This document shows positions 23,737 through 31,751 of a DNA stretch of 34,098 bases, in pieces. The position numbers were made by a program, and so were the translations under genes. The stretch is taken from the IMG/VR virus record IMGVR_UViG_3300009965_000029; one strand, given 5' to 3'. The notes beneath the pieces were generated by a model that saw nothing but the letters and a program-made list of their open reading frames with translations, did not search any database and was not told the DNA's origin. Positions within the stretch are counted from its first letter, which is position 1; every line of letters begins with the position of its first letter. The stretch comes from a virus.

Positions 23737-24429
23737 CTACCACTTCGTCATTGATTTACGAATGGTCTCATAATTTTTCTTAACTTCATCTTTTGTCATA
23801 GCTTCGACTTCCTCTCGAGTGAAGAACTCCTTAGGTGCACTTGTTGTGCTCTCGACTTTGCCTGTTGCCTTTGGTGGGACGATTGTTGTTGCCTGCTTTT
23901 CAGCTTTGCACGCAAAATACGCTTGCCTTGCAGTAAGTCCACTGCTGATATATCCTGCGTATGATTCTCCCAAGTCCTCTAGGCTTTTAACATTAGGGTC
24001 AAGGCTCTGCACCTCTTTGAGGTCATCTGCCATTCTTTTTTCAGCCTGTTGTTCAAGCACTGCTTGCATTAACTGCTCGTTTTCCCTTTTTAGACCATCA
24101 ATGACGCTCGCTTCCTCTCTCTCTGCGACTAACTCGTCATACTCTCTGTTCTGATAAAAGGCTTCCGCTGCGAGTGCTTTATCTTCGGCATCAGGAAAGA
24201 AATTTGATAATGCTCTTTCGTACTCTGCGTTAGAGTTTCTTAGTGCTTCAAGTTCTCTCCTCATTTCTGCAAATGCTGAATCAGAATCTGTTTTTCCTGT
24301 TTCAGTTTCTGCATTATCAACCACAGGTTCGGCGACTTCCTGTTCTTCTGCGCCTACATCTTCTGATTCGATTGTTGGTTCGGCGACCTCCAACACTTCT
24401 GCGCCTGCATTCGTTTCAAAATCTGGCAT
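23737..24429 (-). CDS. Scaffolding protein
   Basis: 230-aa, very acidic, helical/coiled-coil composition. It lies between the portal and capsid genes. Confidence 0.65.
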   Translation of the reverse strand: MPDFETNAGAEVLEVAEPTIESEDVGAEEQEVAEPVVDNAETETGKTDSDSAFAEMRRELEALRNSNAEYERALSNFFPDAEDKALAAEAFYQNREYDELVAEREEASVIDGLKRENEQLMQAVLEQQAEKRMADDLKEVQSLDPNVKSLEDLGESYAGYISSGLTARQAYFACKAEKQATTIVPPKATGKVESTTSAPKEFFTREEVEAMTKDEVKKNYETIRKSMTKW

Positions 24430-24468
24430 TGTTTTTAACTCCTTTTTGTATAATTAAAAAGAAGCGCC

Positions 24469-26115
24469 CTATTGCGCTTCTCTTAATTCAGTGTTTTCTG
24501 TTGGCATTTCTTCGTGTTCTGCCATCGTTTCGTGATTTTCGATAGGAACATCTTCTGTCGGTGTGTTTTCTGCGTTATCCTCTAAAATTTGAGGCTCTAT
24601 TTTCGCTTCTGAGCTTCTTTTGCATATGAGGTTAAGTAGTTTACCCTTGCTGATTGCTCCGCCGTCAGGGATTAATTCTGCGTACTCCTCAAATGTTATC
24701 TGCCCTTGAGCAAGTAGTGCGTCGCAAGCCTGTTGCTGAGCAAACTTTGTCCACTGATTATCTTGTGAAACATCGACTTTTACCGACGGCTTAAAGTCCA
24801 AAAGTTCATCTGCAGATATCTTAATCTCGTTTCCGTGCTCGTCCTTAGTGGTAAAGCTATCTATATCATATACTAGCCACATATCAAACCACATAAGGGC
24901 TATATCCTCTACTGTCTGTTGGAAAGTATTTATCTGTTCATTGAGTGGAATCTGTGCTTGGTCACGGATTGCGATAATAGCACTGCCACTCGACCTCTGA
25001 GGGTCGATATTACCCACGGCAAAATCACCTGCTCCTGCAAGTTCTCTTGTCTGTGTGATTAAATCAGCAAATAGTTTATCTGCGTCGCTAGATATGTTTG
25101 ACGCGTTTATGTAGCCTATCATCTGATTTATGGACTGCTGGGCATTTCCTCTTACTCCAATCGCAGCGCCAACCTTGTTTAGGTCATCAGGGTTTTCCAC
25201 TGCGTCTGCGTCATAAGCAATTCTAGGAAAAGCCGATATCTTAACAGTGACTGCTCGTCTAGCTAAGGTCTTATTTAACTCAATCTGATTAGGAATCATC
25301 GAAGCGACCTCGCTAACTCCTCTAGCATTATTAGGTCTAGGCTCCCATATAAAGTTCTGTATAGGATATAGAGTTAGTCCCGCGAACTCTTTTCCGTCTA
25401 CGGATGATGTAATTCTTCTCGTAGGTTCGATAAGGCTTTCTTTTGTCGCCCTCGTAACAGTGATTACATCGTCTTTATCCTTTGATAGATAGATAACGCA
25501 AGTGACCTTATCGCTTACTTCGTCTTGGTTCGCAATTTGACTTTCTCTCTCTGCGTCGGTTCTTATCTTATCTATCTCTTCCTTAGGAACCTTGTTCTCT
25601 AGGGCAATTCTTTTGACTGTCTCTAGTGGGAGCCTTTCCATAATCATTATGTAAGGCTGTTCCTGGATGTTTGCCGTATTCTCATTTCCAAACAAAATGT
25701 TCGTGTTATCGATAAGCTGAGGTGTATCTAAGGTTGAATCTGTTCCCCAATAAAGGTATGAATCGCCTTGAATCGCAGAAGCCTTAATGCACTTCCACAG
25801 AGCACTGTTCATCTTCGCCTTTTCCCACGACTGAATGAACTTTCTGTTCAGTATGTCATATATTGTCTGCTTCGATGAATCGTCGCTCATATCGGTGAAT
25901 TTTGCCGTCATAGCGTGCTGACAAACAGTCGATACCTTGTACTTGATTGTCGGCTTGATAATATTCAGCATAGGTAGTTCCTCGCTTGTCTTTGCTCCTA
26001 CCCACTGATTATCGCCATAAAAGTTCCAATTTCGCTCAGTGTTCTTTACTAAGTTCTTGGTCTGCATGTACTTTTTATTGTTTTCGTACATCTGCCATAT
26101 TTTTTCACAGTTCAT
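24469..26115 (-). CDS. Portal protein
   Basis: 548 aa, immediately after terL and a small ORF, with an acidic C-terminus. Size and position are typical. Confidence 0.8.
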   Translation of the reverse strand: MNCEKIWQMYENNKKYMQTKNLVKNTERNWNFYGDNQWVGAKTSEELPMLNIIKPTIKYKVSTVCQHAMTAKFTDMSDDSSKQTIYDILNRKFIQSWEKAKMNSALWKCIKASAIQGDSYLYWGTDSTLDTPQLIDNTNILFGNENTANIQEQPYIMIMERLPLETVKRIALENKVPKEEIDKIRTDAERESQIANQDEVSDKVTCVIYLSKDKDDVITVTRATKESLIEPTRRITSSVDGKEFAGLTLYPIQNFIWEPRPNNARGVSEVASMIPNQIELNKTLARRAVTVKISAFPRIAYDADAVENPDDLNKVGAAIGVRGNAQQSINQMIGYINASNISSDADKLFADLITQTRELAGAGDFAVGNIDPQRSSGSAIIAIRDQAQIPLNEQINTFQQTVEDIALMWFDMWLVYDIDSFTTKDEHGNEIKISADELLDFKPSVKVDVSQDNQWTKFAQQQACDALLAQGQITFEEYAELIPDGGAISKGKLLNLICKRSSEAKIEPQILEDNAENTPTEDVPIENHETMAEHEEMPTENTELREAQ

Positions 26116-26339
26116 TCAATGTCCTCTCCGTAACTATCAATAGCTTGTAATAACTGTTCTAGTCTCGCTCTCTCCCTCTCAGAGTCTCTTTCGGCTTTAG
26201 TCTTATATCCGAATGTCTTCGCAATCTTCGTCGGTATAGGCTCAATTTTCGCCCTCTCAGGACGCAACTGAATACCAACGGAGACTCCAATTAAAAAACA
26301 CACTAAAAGTAGTGTGCCGTGTAATGCGTTATATAACAT
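26112..26339 (-). CDS. Small membrane protein between terL and portal
   Basis: 75 aa with an N-terminal TM (LLLVCFLIGVSVGI). It overlaps both neighbouring genes. Confidence 0.6.
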   Translation of the reverse strand: MLYNALHGTLLLVCFLIGVSVGIQLRPERAKIEPIPTKIAKTFGYKTKAERDSERERARLEQLLQAIDSYGEDIE

Positions 26340-27786
26340 TTATCGCTTCTCCCTTTCCTATCGCACTAGCCTTACTCTTTTTCGCTAAGTTAAACTGTAT
26401 TAGCTTATTATCTTCTCTCGGAGCACTAGCTTTGCCGTTTCTCCAATAAATCAAGCGATTTAATGCTTGACTCATTGCGTCTACTTGGTCGTCGTGCTTT
26501 CCGTTAGGAAATGCTGAGCACTCATTGACAAAGTCTTCAGTGAAAGGTTTCTTCTTCGGAAGATAGACATTCCCACTTTCTATCGCTCCACTAACGGCAT
26601 TTACTCTCGATACCTTACCTCCTTGTGGTGTTATAGGTACGATTCCGTGTATCTGTCTCCTTAACACTTGGATTACAGATGAACCATTAGCTTTATCCTC
26701 TATCAAGATCCTGTCAACAGTAGGGTACATTCCCTTTAGCCTTAATATCTCTTTTACAGTGTGGGGCATATCTAGGTGTTTTTTAACGGCATCTACCAAA
26801 TAAAAATCACTATCCTTTTTCCCCCACATCTGTATCGCTACAAAGTCATTATCCTTGCCGTCCTTAAACGACGCGTCAACACTCATTATCAAAGTGCTTA
26901 GTTCAGGAAGCTTTTCGTAATACTGCCACCACTCCCTCTGCAGGAGGTTTCCTTGAGCACTTACAGGTCTGCCTTGAAAAAGTGCGTTCCATGTTCTAGA
27001 ACCCTTAGTGCTCATACACCCACGCTTAAAGTCCTTTAACCACTTAGCCCCCTTACCTATCTCGGGACAAAGTGGTTCGCCCACCTTACGACCTAAGACA
27101 TCGCCATCTTCAGCTTCACAAGGTAAATTAACTACCGTTACATTAGGTTCATTTTCTATCATACGACCTGCTAGGTCGTCCTCGTGCCACCTAGTCATTA
27201 TTACTATGACTTTTCCGTTAGGAGAAACTCTCGTTCTATACGATGAAAGCCATTCATCCCAAAGGTGTTCTCTAGTAGTCTCAGAATCGGCTTCTTGCTG
27301 AGTCTTTATAGGGTCATCTATGATAAATAAATTAGCAGGGTTACCAGTTACACCACCTGTAACGCCTCGGCTTATCATCTGTCCTACATTACCAGCCATC
27401 CAAAACTCATTAGCCGTATTCTTATCCTTACTGAGTCCAGTTCCGAATATCTCTCCGAACTCTTCAATCTTGCTCTTATTCTTTAATCCGAACTTCTGAG
27501 CAAAGTCTTCACTATAACTTACCTCTATAACTTTCCTCTCAGGGTGTTTTAAAAGGTACCAGCTAGGCAAGGTCTCCGTTATCGTCATACTCTTTCCATG
27601 CTGAGGGGGTGTGCTTATTATCATTATCTCATAAGCCTTATCGGTCTCCCTTTCAACAAACTCTTGAACAGTATCGCACAAATAATCGTGGAACTTACTA
27701 TGCTTCCATCCCATATTAGTTAGGGCAACATAGCTTTTATAGTCGTGTTGTATTAAGGCTTTTACTATCTCTCTACTATCTGCCAT
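26329..27786 (-). CDS. terL: Terminase large subunit
   Basis: Walker A-like STPPQHGKS, Walker B-like LFIIDDP, and a C-terminal nuclease motif (NGKHDDQVDAMSQAL) typical of the Terminase_6 type. Confidence 0.9.
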   Translation of the reverse strand: MADSREIVKALIQHDYKSYVALTNMGWKHSKFHDYLCDTVQEFVERETDKAYEIMIISTPPQHGKSMTITETLPSWYLLKHPERKVIEVSYSEDFAQKFGLKNKSKIEEFGEIFGTGLSKDKNTANEFWMAGNVGQMISRGVTGGVTGNPANLFIIDDPIKTQQEADSETTREHLWDEWLSSYRTRVSPNGKVIVIMTRWHEDDLAGRMIENEPNVTVVNLPCEAEDGDVLGRKVGEPLCPEIGKGAKWLKDFKRGCMSTKGSRTWNALFQGRPVSAQGNLLQREWWQYYEKLPELSTLIMSVDASFKDGKDNDFVAIQMWGKKDSDFYLVDAVKKHLDMPHTVKEILRLKGMYPTVDRILIEDKANGSSVIQVLRRQIHGIVPITPQGGKVSRVNAVSGAIESGNVYLPKKKPFTEDFVNECSAFPNGKHDDQVDAMSQALNRLIYWRNGKASAPREDNKLIQFNLAKKSKASAIGKGEAINVI

Positions 27787-28298
27787 AACTTCTCCAAAAT
27801 TTTATAATAAAAAATACCCATCGGCATATTAATCTAGTGGGTATGAATTGGGTGCAATCGATTGTGAAAAGGTGATATGAGGGTGAGGGGTAATATATAC
27901 GTACTATAAGAACGAGTGGCTCTGATTGGGGATAGTGGTCTGTATTCTTCCCCTTTAACCCTTTATTTACTCCCTTAACCTTTTCTATTGTTTGAGGTCT
28001 TCCATCCCCTTAACCCTTTATAGAGGGTATAGGGATATGGTAATAAATGGTAGTTTTATTTATTCCGTAAACTATGATTTACGGAATAGTTTAAAACAAA
28101 TGTTGAAATTTTAACGATTCCATTTACTGCTTATATAGTCTTATTCAGTAAATATACAGAGTTCAGAATAGTATTCGCTGATTCACTGCTATATTCTTTA
28201 TTCACCTCTGCATATTCTTTGTATATAACTATCGTAAATATCGTTATTAATGCATAAGGCTTGTATAAAATGTATATCGTTAGTATATCTTTTATACA

Positions 28299-28937
28299 TT
28301 ATTCTGCTTTATCTAGGCTTGATATATACTCTTTAAGTATCTTGTCGGCTTTATCTTTACTAATTGGTTCTTGCTTTGTAGTGGTTTCAATCTTAGTATT
28401 ATCCGCCCAGCCACACCAATTTTTAAGGCAGAACATAGTCATTTGACGGTCGTAAGCCCCTGCAATTACTCCCTCTGTAAGTATGTCGCTTAAAATTCCA
28501 TCATATAACGGTTTGAATTCTGCCTTATATTCGTTCAGATATCTTATTAGTGTAGAGTAGCTTATTCCGATGTAGTCGGCTAGATTAATCTTTGTAGGGT
28601 ATATGTTGTAATCACTTTCTCTTATGTAGTCTAAAAAGCTTCTATATAGTACTGCTAGATGCTCAGGTGATTTGATATAGGTTATGTTGTCATATACTAG
28701 TTCGTTTGCGTCTAGTCTATCCCTTAAATATATTTTATTCCCTTCTTCATCTGCTCCAATCCATTCATCAATAGGGGTTATTTTACCGACTGCACAATTA
28801 GCCCTTATATATAAGCCGTCATATATGGTTCTTACCTTAACTTGGTTTATATGCTTTCTTGTATTGAGGGTAGTTTTAGCCTGCTTGCCTAAATAAGACT
28901 CTCTAAGTGCTTTGTCTCTTGGTTTAGCTTTTGCCAT
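28299..28937 (-). CDS. terS: Terminase small subunit
   Basis: PTKINLADYIGISYSTLIRYL is an HTH, followed by MTMFCLKNWCGWAD, matching the gp3-type DNA-packaging protein pattern. An N-terminal extension of about 100 aa is present. Confidence 0.65.
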   Translation of the reverse strand: MAKAKPRDKALRESYLGKQAKTTLNTRKHINQVKVRTIYDGLYIRANCAVGKITPIDEWIGADEEGNKIYLRDRLDANELVYDNITYIKSPEHLAVLYRSFLDYIRESDYNIYPTKINLADYIGISYSTLIRYLNEYKAEFKPLYDGILSDILTEGVIAGAYDRQMTMFCLKNWCGWADNTKIETTTKQEPISKDKADKILKEYISSLDKAE

Positions 28938-28960
28938 ATTCTCCCCCTTTCCTTTATCCT

Positions 28961-29269
28961 CTATCTTTGGCTCTTATTGTTATCAAATAAACACCCCTTG
29001 TTATCTTCTAGGAAGTTATATAACGCAACCCCTAACTGCTCAACTTGTTTCTCTTCAAGACCAATGTTGTAAACATCGTCAAGCGTGTGGATCACCTCGT
29101 GTATTAGTGTTTCACGCTTTCGCGGGTGGCTTGCTTCCTCGTTTAGTAATATCCTTTGTTGGATGTACTGCACTTGTCCAAGCAATTCAGTGCTGCCTTC
29201 ATGTATATTTCTGTCTTCTACAACTTCATACTCAAGATGTAAAACTTTAATTTTCTTTGGTATATTCAT
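28961..29269 (-). CDS. Small HExxH zinc-metallopeptidase-like protein, first gene of the late operon
   Basis: RETLIHEVIHTL motif. The ATG at 29269 is preceded by AAGGGTGGGG, whereas the track start at 29278 is a GTG. Confidence 0.5.
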   Translation of the reverse strand: MNIPKKIKVLHLEYEVVEDRNIHEGSTELLGQVQYIQQRILLNEEASHPRKRETLIHEVIHTLDDVYNIGLEEKQVEQLGVALYNFLEDNKGCLFDNNKSQR

Positions 29270-29342
29270 TGTCCCCACCCTTTCAAACTAAAATAAAAAA
29301 AAACACAAGCTCAATCAAGATTTGTAGTTATCAAATAAAAAG

Positions 29343-29392
29343 GCTTCTAGGTTCGCCATTCCTCTGATATTGAGGTGGTTACTTGTAGAAGC
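29343..29392 (-). terminator. Terminator-like compound hairpin within the late-operon leader
   Basis: On the minus strand, outer stem GCTTCTA..TAGAAGC and inner stem CCTC..GAGG, followed by CTTTTTATTT. Confidence 0.45.
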
Positions 29393-29549
29393 ATTATATT
29401 GTATCGCTCGCCCTTTGCGATGCTTTACCCCTTTTAGGTCCTTTCTTTGTATGTGCGAAAGGCTCACCACTACGGCAAGCCCTACCCCACATAATTTAGA
29501 AAGGTTGAAATCATGGACAATAACTAACTATTGTACTGCTTACAAGTAT

Positions 29550-29558
29550 ATTATATCA
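29550..29558 (-). promoter_or_regulatory. Candidate late promoter: extended -10 TGaTATAAT with no good -35
   Basis: The minus strand reads tgTGATATAATatac. A palindrome occupies the -35 region. Confidence 0.5.
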
Positions 29559-29578
29559 CATCTTAAACATTTAAGATG
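29559..29578. promoter_or_regulatory. Perfect palindrome CATCTTAAA-ca-TTTAAGATG abutting the late -10
   Basis: Read directly from the sequence. It has 9-bp arms and a 2-bp spacer. Confidence 0.6.
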
Positions 29579-29588
29579 AATTTTTTCA

Positions 29589-29608
29589 TTGAAATTTACA
29601 CATTTCAA
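29589..29608. promoter_or_regulatory. Inverted repeat TTGAAAT-ttacac-ATTTCAA between the divergent promoters
   Basis: Read directly from the sequence. Confidence 0.5.
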
Positions 29609-29649
29609 GCCATTTTGAAAAAATATTTTAAAAAAGTTTTAAAAAGGTG

Positions 29650-29678
29650 TTGACATACTGCACAATGTGTTATATGAT
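29650..29678 (+). promoter_or_regulatory. Accessory-operon promoter: TTGACA-17 nt-TATGAT with an A/T-rich upstream element
   Basis: The plus strand reads gtgTTGACAtactgcacaatgtgttaTATGATac, preceded by aaaaaatattttaaaaaagttttaaaaa. It lies about 70 nt upstream of the J-domain gene. Confidence 0.75.
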
Positions 29679-29746
29679 ACATACAACGAAGCGCACAAAG
29701 TGCGTAACGCAAAGATGTATCAAATAAAAGAAATGAGGTTGTAAAG

Positions 29747-30229
29747 ATGTATTTTGAAAATTGTAGCACACTAGAACAGTTAAAAGCAGAGTATAAAAGG
29801 TTAGCCATGATGTACCATCCTGACCGTGGCGGTGATTTGAGGACAATGCAAGCTATCAATTCCGAATATGATAGCAAGTTTAAGCAGGTCAAGGACTGTC
29901 ACATTAACAAAGATGGTAAAACTTATAGCAAAGAGACAAGCGAGAAATCAAGCGAATTTGTAGAGTTAATCAATCAGCTAATCAGAATGAAAGGTATTGC
30001 AATAGAGATTATAGGTTGCTTTGTATGGGTCAGCGGAGATACTAAGCCACATAAAGACGGCTTGAAAAAATTGGGCTTTAAGTGGCACAGAGTAAAGGCT
30101 TGTTGGTATAAATCGCCGCAGGGATATAGGCGTTTTAGCAACAAGAAAGAGTACACATTTGACGAAATCAGGGCGATGTACGGGTCGATGACGGTAAACA
30201 CAAAGCCAATGCAGGAATTAACAGTTTAA
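29747..30229 (+). CDS. J-domain protein (DnaJ-like co-chaperone) with an unrelated C-terminal domain
   Basis: LEQLKAEYKRLAMMYHPDRGGD carries the HPD signature. The C-terminus (IEIIGCFVWVSGDTKPHKDGLKKLGFKWHRVKACWY) is not a DnaJ G/F or zinc-finger region. Confidence 0.8.
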   Translation: MYFENCSTLEQLKAEYKRLAMMYHPDRGGDLRTMQAINSEYDSKFKQVKDCHINKDGKTYSKETSEKSSEFVELINQLIRMKGIAIEIIGCFVWVSGDTKPHKDGLKKLGFKWHRVKACWYKSPQGYRRFSNKKEYTFDEIRAMYGSMTVNTKPMQELTV

Positions 30230-30240
30230 AAAGGATATTA

Positions 30241-30258
30241 GCCCCTCTACGGAGGGGC
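30241..30258 (+). other. Intercistronic GC hairpin GCCCCTC-tacg-GAGGGGC
   Basis: Read directly from the sequence. There is no U-tract, and the RBS of the next gene follows immediately. Confidence 0.6.
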
Positions 30259-30271
30259 AGGAGGTGAAAAG

Positions 30272-30904
30272 ATGAACAGATTTAAAAAATATTGTCCAAA
30301 TGTATGGGTTGCAGAGTGTGAAGAAGAGTACAGCAAGGGCGACATCATAGAATTAACTACTAAATATGACAAAGTCGTTGAGTGTGAGGTTTACAACCTT
30401 GTTGGGCAGACTGGTGATAAATACTATTACTCAATCGTGAGACTAGAGGGCTTAAGCTATGCGGAGCGTAAGGCTGACAAATACAGAACCGCAAGCGCTC
30501 GCAATATGGCACGCAGTAACGAAAGATTGAAATCTGCAGAAGAGAGTAAAGAGTTTTTATCACTCGGAGAACCCATCAAGGTTGGACATCACAGCGAAAA
30601 ATCGCACAGGGCACTAATTGAAAGAAATTGGAAGCGCACGGCTAAAGCCGTTGAGTATATGAACAAAGCGGAAGAGCAGGAACATAAGGCGGAGTATTGG
30701 GAGAATAAGGCTAAAGAAATCACCCTTGCAATGCCTGAAAGCCTTGAATTTTTCACCGCCAAGCTGGAGCAAGCAAAAGAATATCATAAAATGTTGAAAG
30801 AACATCCGGAAAAACGCAAGCATTCTTATTCTTTGACTTATGCAAAGAAAGAAGTCAACGAACTAACAAAAAAAGTCGAGATAGCTACAAAGTTATGGGG
30901 TTAA
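30272..30904 (+). CDS. DUF3560-domain protein
   Basis: GEPIKVGHHSEKSHRALIERN..AEEQEHKAEYWENKA fits the DUF3560 core (GQPILVGHHSE..R type). RBS AGGAGGTG. Confidence 0.6.
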   Translation: MNRFKKYCPNVWVAECEEEYSKGDIIELTTKYDKVVECEVYNLVGQTGDKYYYSIVRLEGLSYAERKADKYRTASARNMARSNERLKSAEESKEFLSLGEPIKVGHHSEKSHRALIERNWKRTAKAVEYMNKAEEQEHKAEYWENKAKEITLAMPESLEFFTAKLEQAKEYHKMLKEHPEKRKHSYSLTYAKKEVNELTKKVEIATKLWG

Positions 30905-30916
30905 GTTGAGCCACTC

Positions 30917-30938
30917 AGAGGGGGAATCGTCCCCCTCT
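30917..30938 (+). other. Intercistronic GC hairpin AGAGGGGGA-atcg-TCCCCCTCT
   Basis: Its arms are the same as those of the late-operon terminator at 12173-12193. There is no U-tract. Confidence 0.6.
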
Positions 30939-31010
30939 CTGGCACAAAATAGATTGTAAATTTTGAATTGTAATGTTATAGTGTGATATATAGTAAGGAG
31001 AGGTTTTAAA

Positions 31011-31733
31011 ATGTTGAAAGTTAAATGGATTGAAAACGGAGAACTTAAAGAAACTACAGTATATGAGAGCGTGCAAGACGCAACAAACGGCAAGGATGTA
31101 AATGCATTTTTAGACTTTCTTGTTGAACAAGGCAAAAACATAGATATTGAGGAGATTAAAAGCAAACTCAAGAGTTGCGATTGCATCGAAGAACTTAACG
31201 CAGTTTTTAAACAGTATTTTGATTATAGCAATATTGCTCTAGATGTTGCACATCTTGACTATGAGGTGTGGGTCGGCCACATAAATAAGTACGGTTGTCA
31301 CGGTCCTGAGGTTTCAGATTCTTGGTTAATGCTTCAGACGGACGACCTGGAAGAAGCTAAGGCAAGGGCTAGAGACGAATACAACGCAAAGAGCGATTAT
31401 ATTGTTGAGTTAAGGAGCGACATTGGTCTAGACTATGACAGTTACGACCTTGTAGACTTTAAGGAGTACAGCGATGATATATTCAACATTTACGATTTAG
31501 CAAAAGTAGAGTACGACGAAGACGCTGACACCTGCGATTTAAAATTTTATGATAAGACTTGGGATATAACGGCATATATCCACAGTGTACCAATTCCTGA
31601 ATGGCTCAAAACCGAAGAGGATGACAAGCCTGTGTACATCTTTGATGCCTTAGATTGGGAAAGCGACAAAGCTATAGAGTACGCTTTAGAGCATGGAGAA
31701 AAAGAAATAGTAAGAGATACAATTAATTTTTAA
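31011..31733 (+). CDS. Highly acidic 240-aa protein (DNA-mimic / anti-restriction candidate)
   Basis: My count gives 59 Asp+Glu against 24 Lys+Arg. RBS AAGGAGAGG. No motif was recognised. Confidence 0.7.
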   Translation: MLKVKWIENGELKETTVYESVQDATNGKDVNAFLDFLVEQGKNIDIEEIKSKLKSCDCIEELNAVFKQYFDYSNIALDVAHLDYEVWVGHINKYGCHGPEVSDSWLMLQTDDLEEAKARARDEYNAKSDYIVELRSDIGLDYDSYDLVDFKEYSDDIFNIYDLAKVEYDEDADTCDLKFYDKTWDITAYIHSVPIPEWLKTEEDDKPVYIFDALDWESDKAIEYALEHGEKEIVRDTINF

Positions 31734-31751
31734 CAAAGAAAGGATTTTGAA

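Noticed and set aside
28063-28088. Third copy of the repressor operator in the terS-terL spacer
   Set aside because: It shares the CCGTAA/TTACGG hexamer, but the half-sites are in the opposite order (CCGTAAA..TTTACGG rather than TACGG..CCGTA) with a 6-nt spacer. It is not the same site, and I report it only as an inverted repeat.
28912-29250. Plus-strand 112-aa ORF overlapping the terS start and the HExxH gene
   Set aside because: It is antisense to two well-supported late genes, and it is Cys/Leu-rich with no RBS.
29605-29892. Minus-strand 95-aa ORF across the accessory promoter (also the plus-strand ORF 29370-29579 in the leader)
   Set aside because: Neither has an RBS. The first overlaps the TTGACA/TATGAT promoter and the J-domain gene start. 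The translations are hydrophobic and low-complexity, as expected from AT-rich non-coding DNA.
31011-31733. Assignment of the acidic 240-aa protein to the ArdA family
   Set aside because: The composition is similar, but I cannot find the conserved ArdA N-terminal signature. I keep it only as a generic DNA-mimic candidate.
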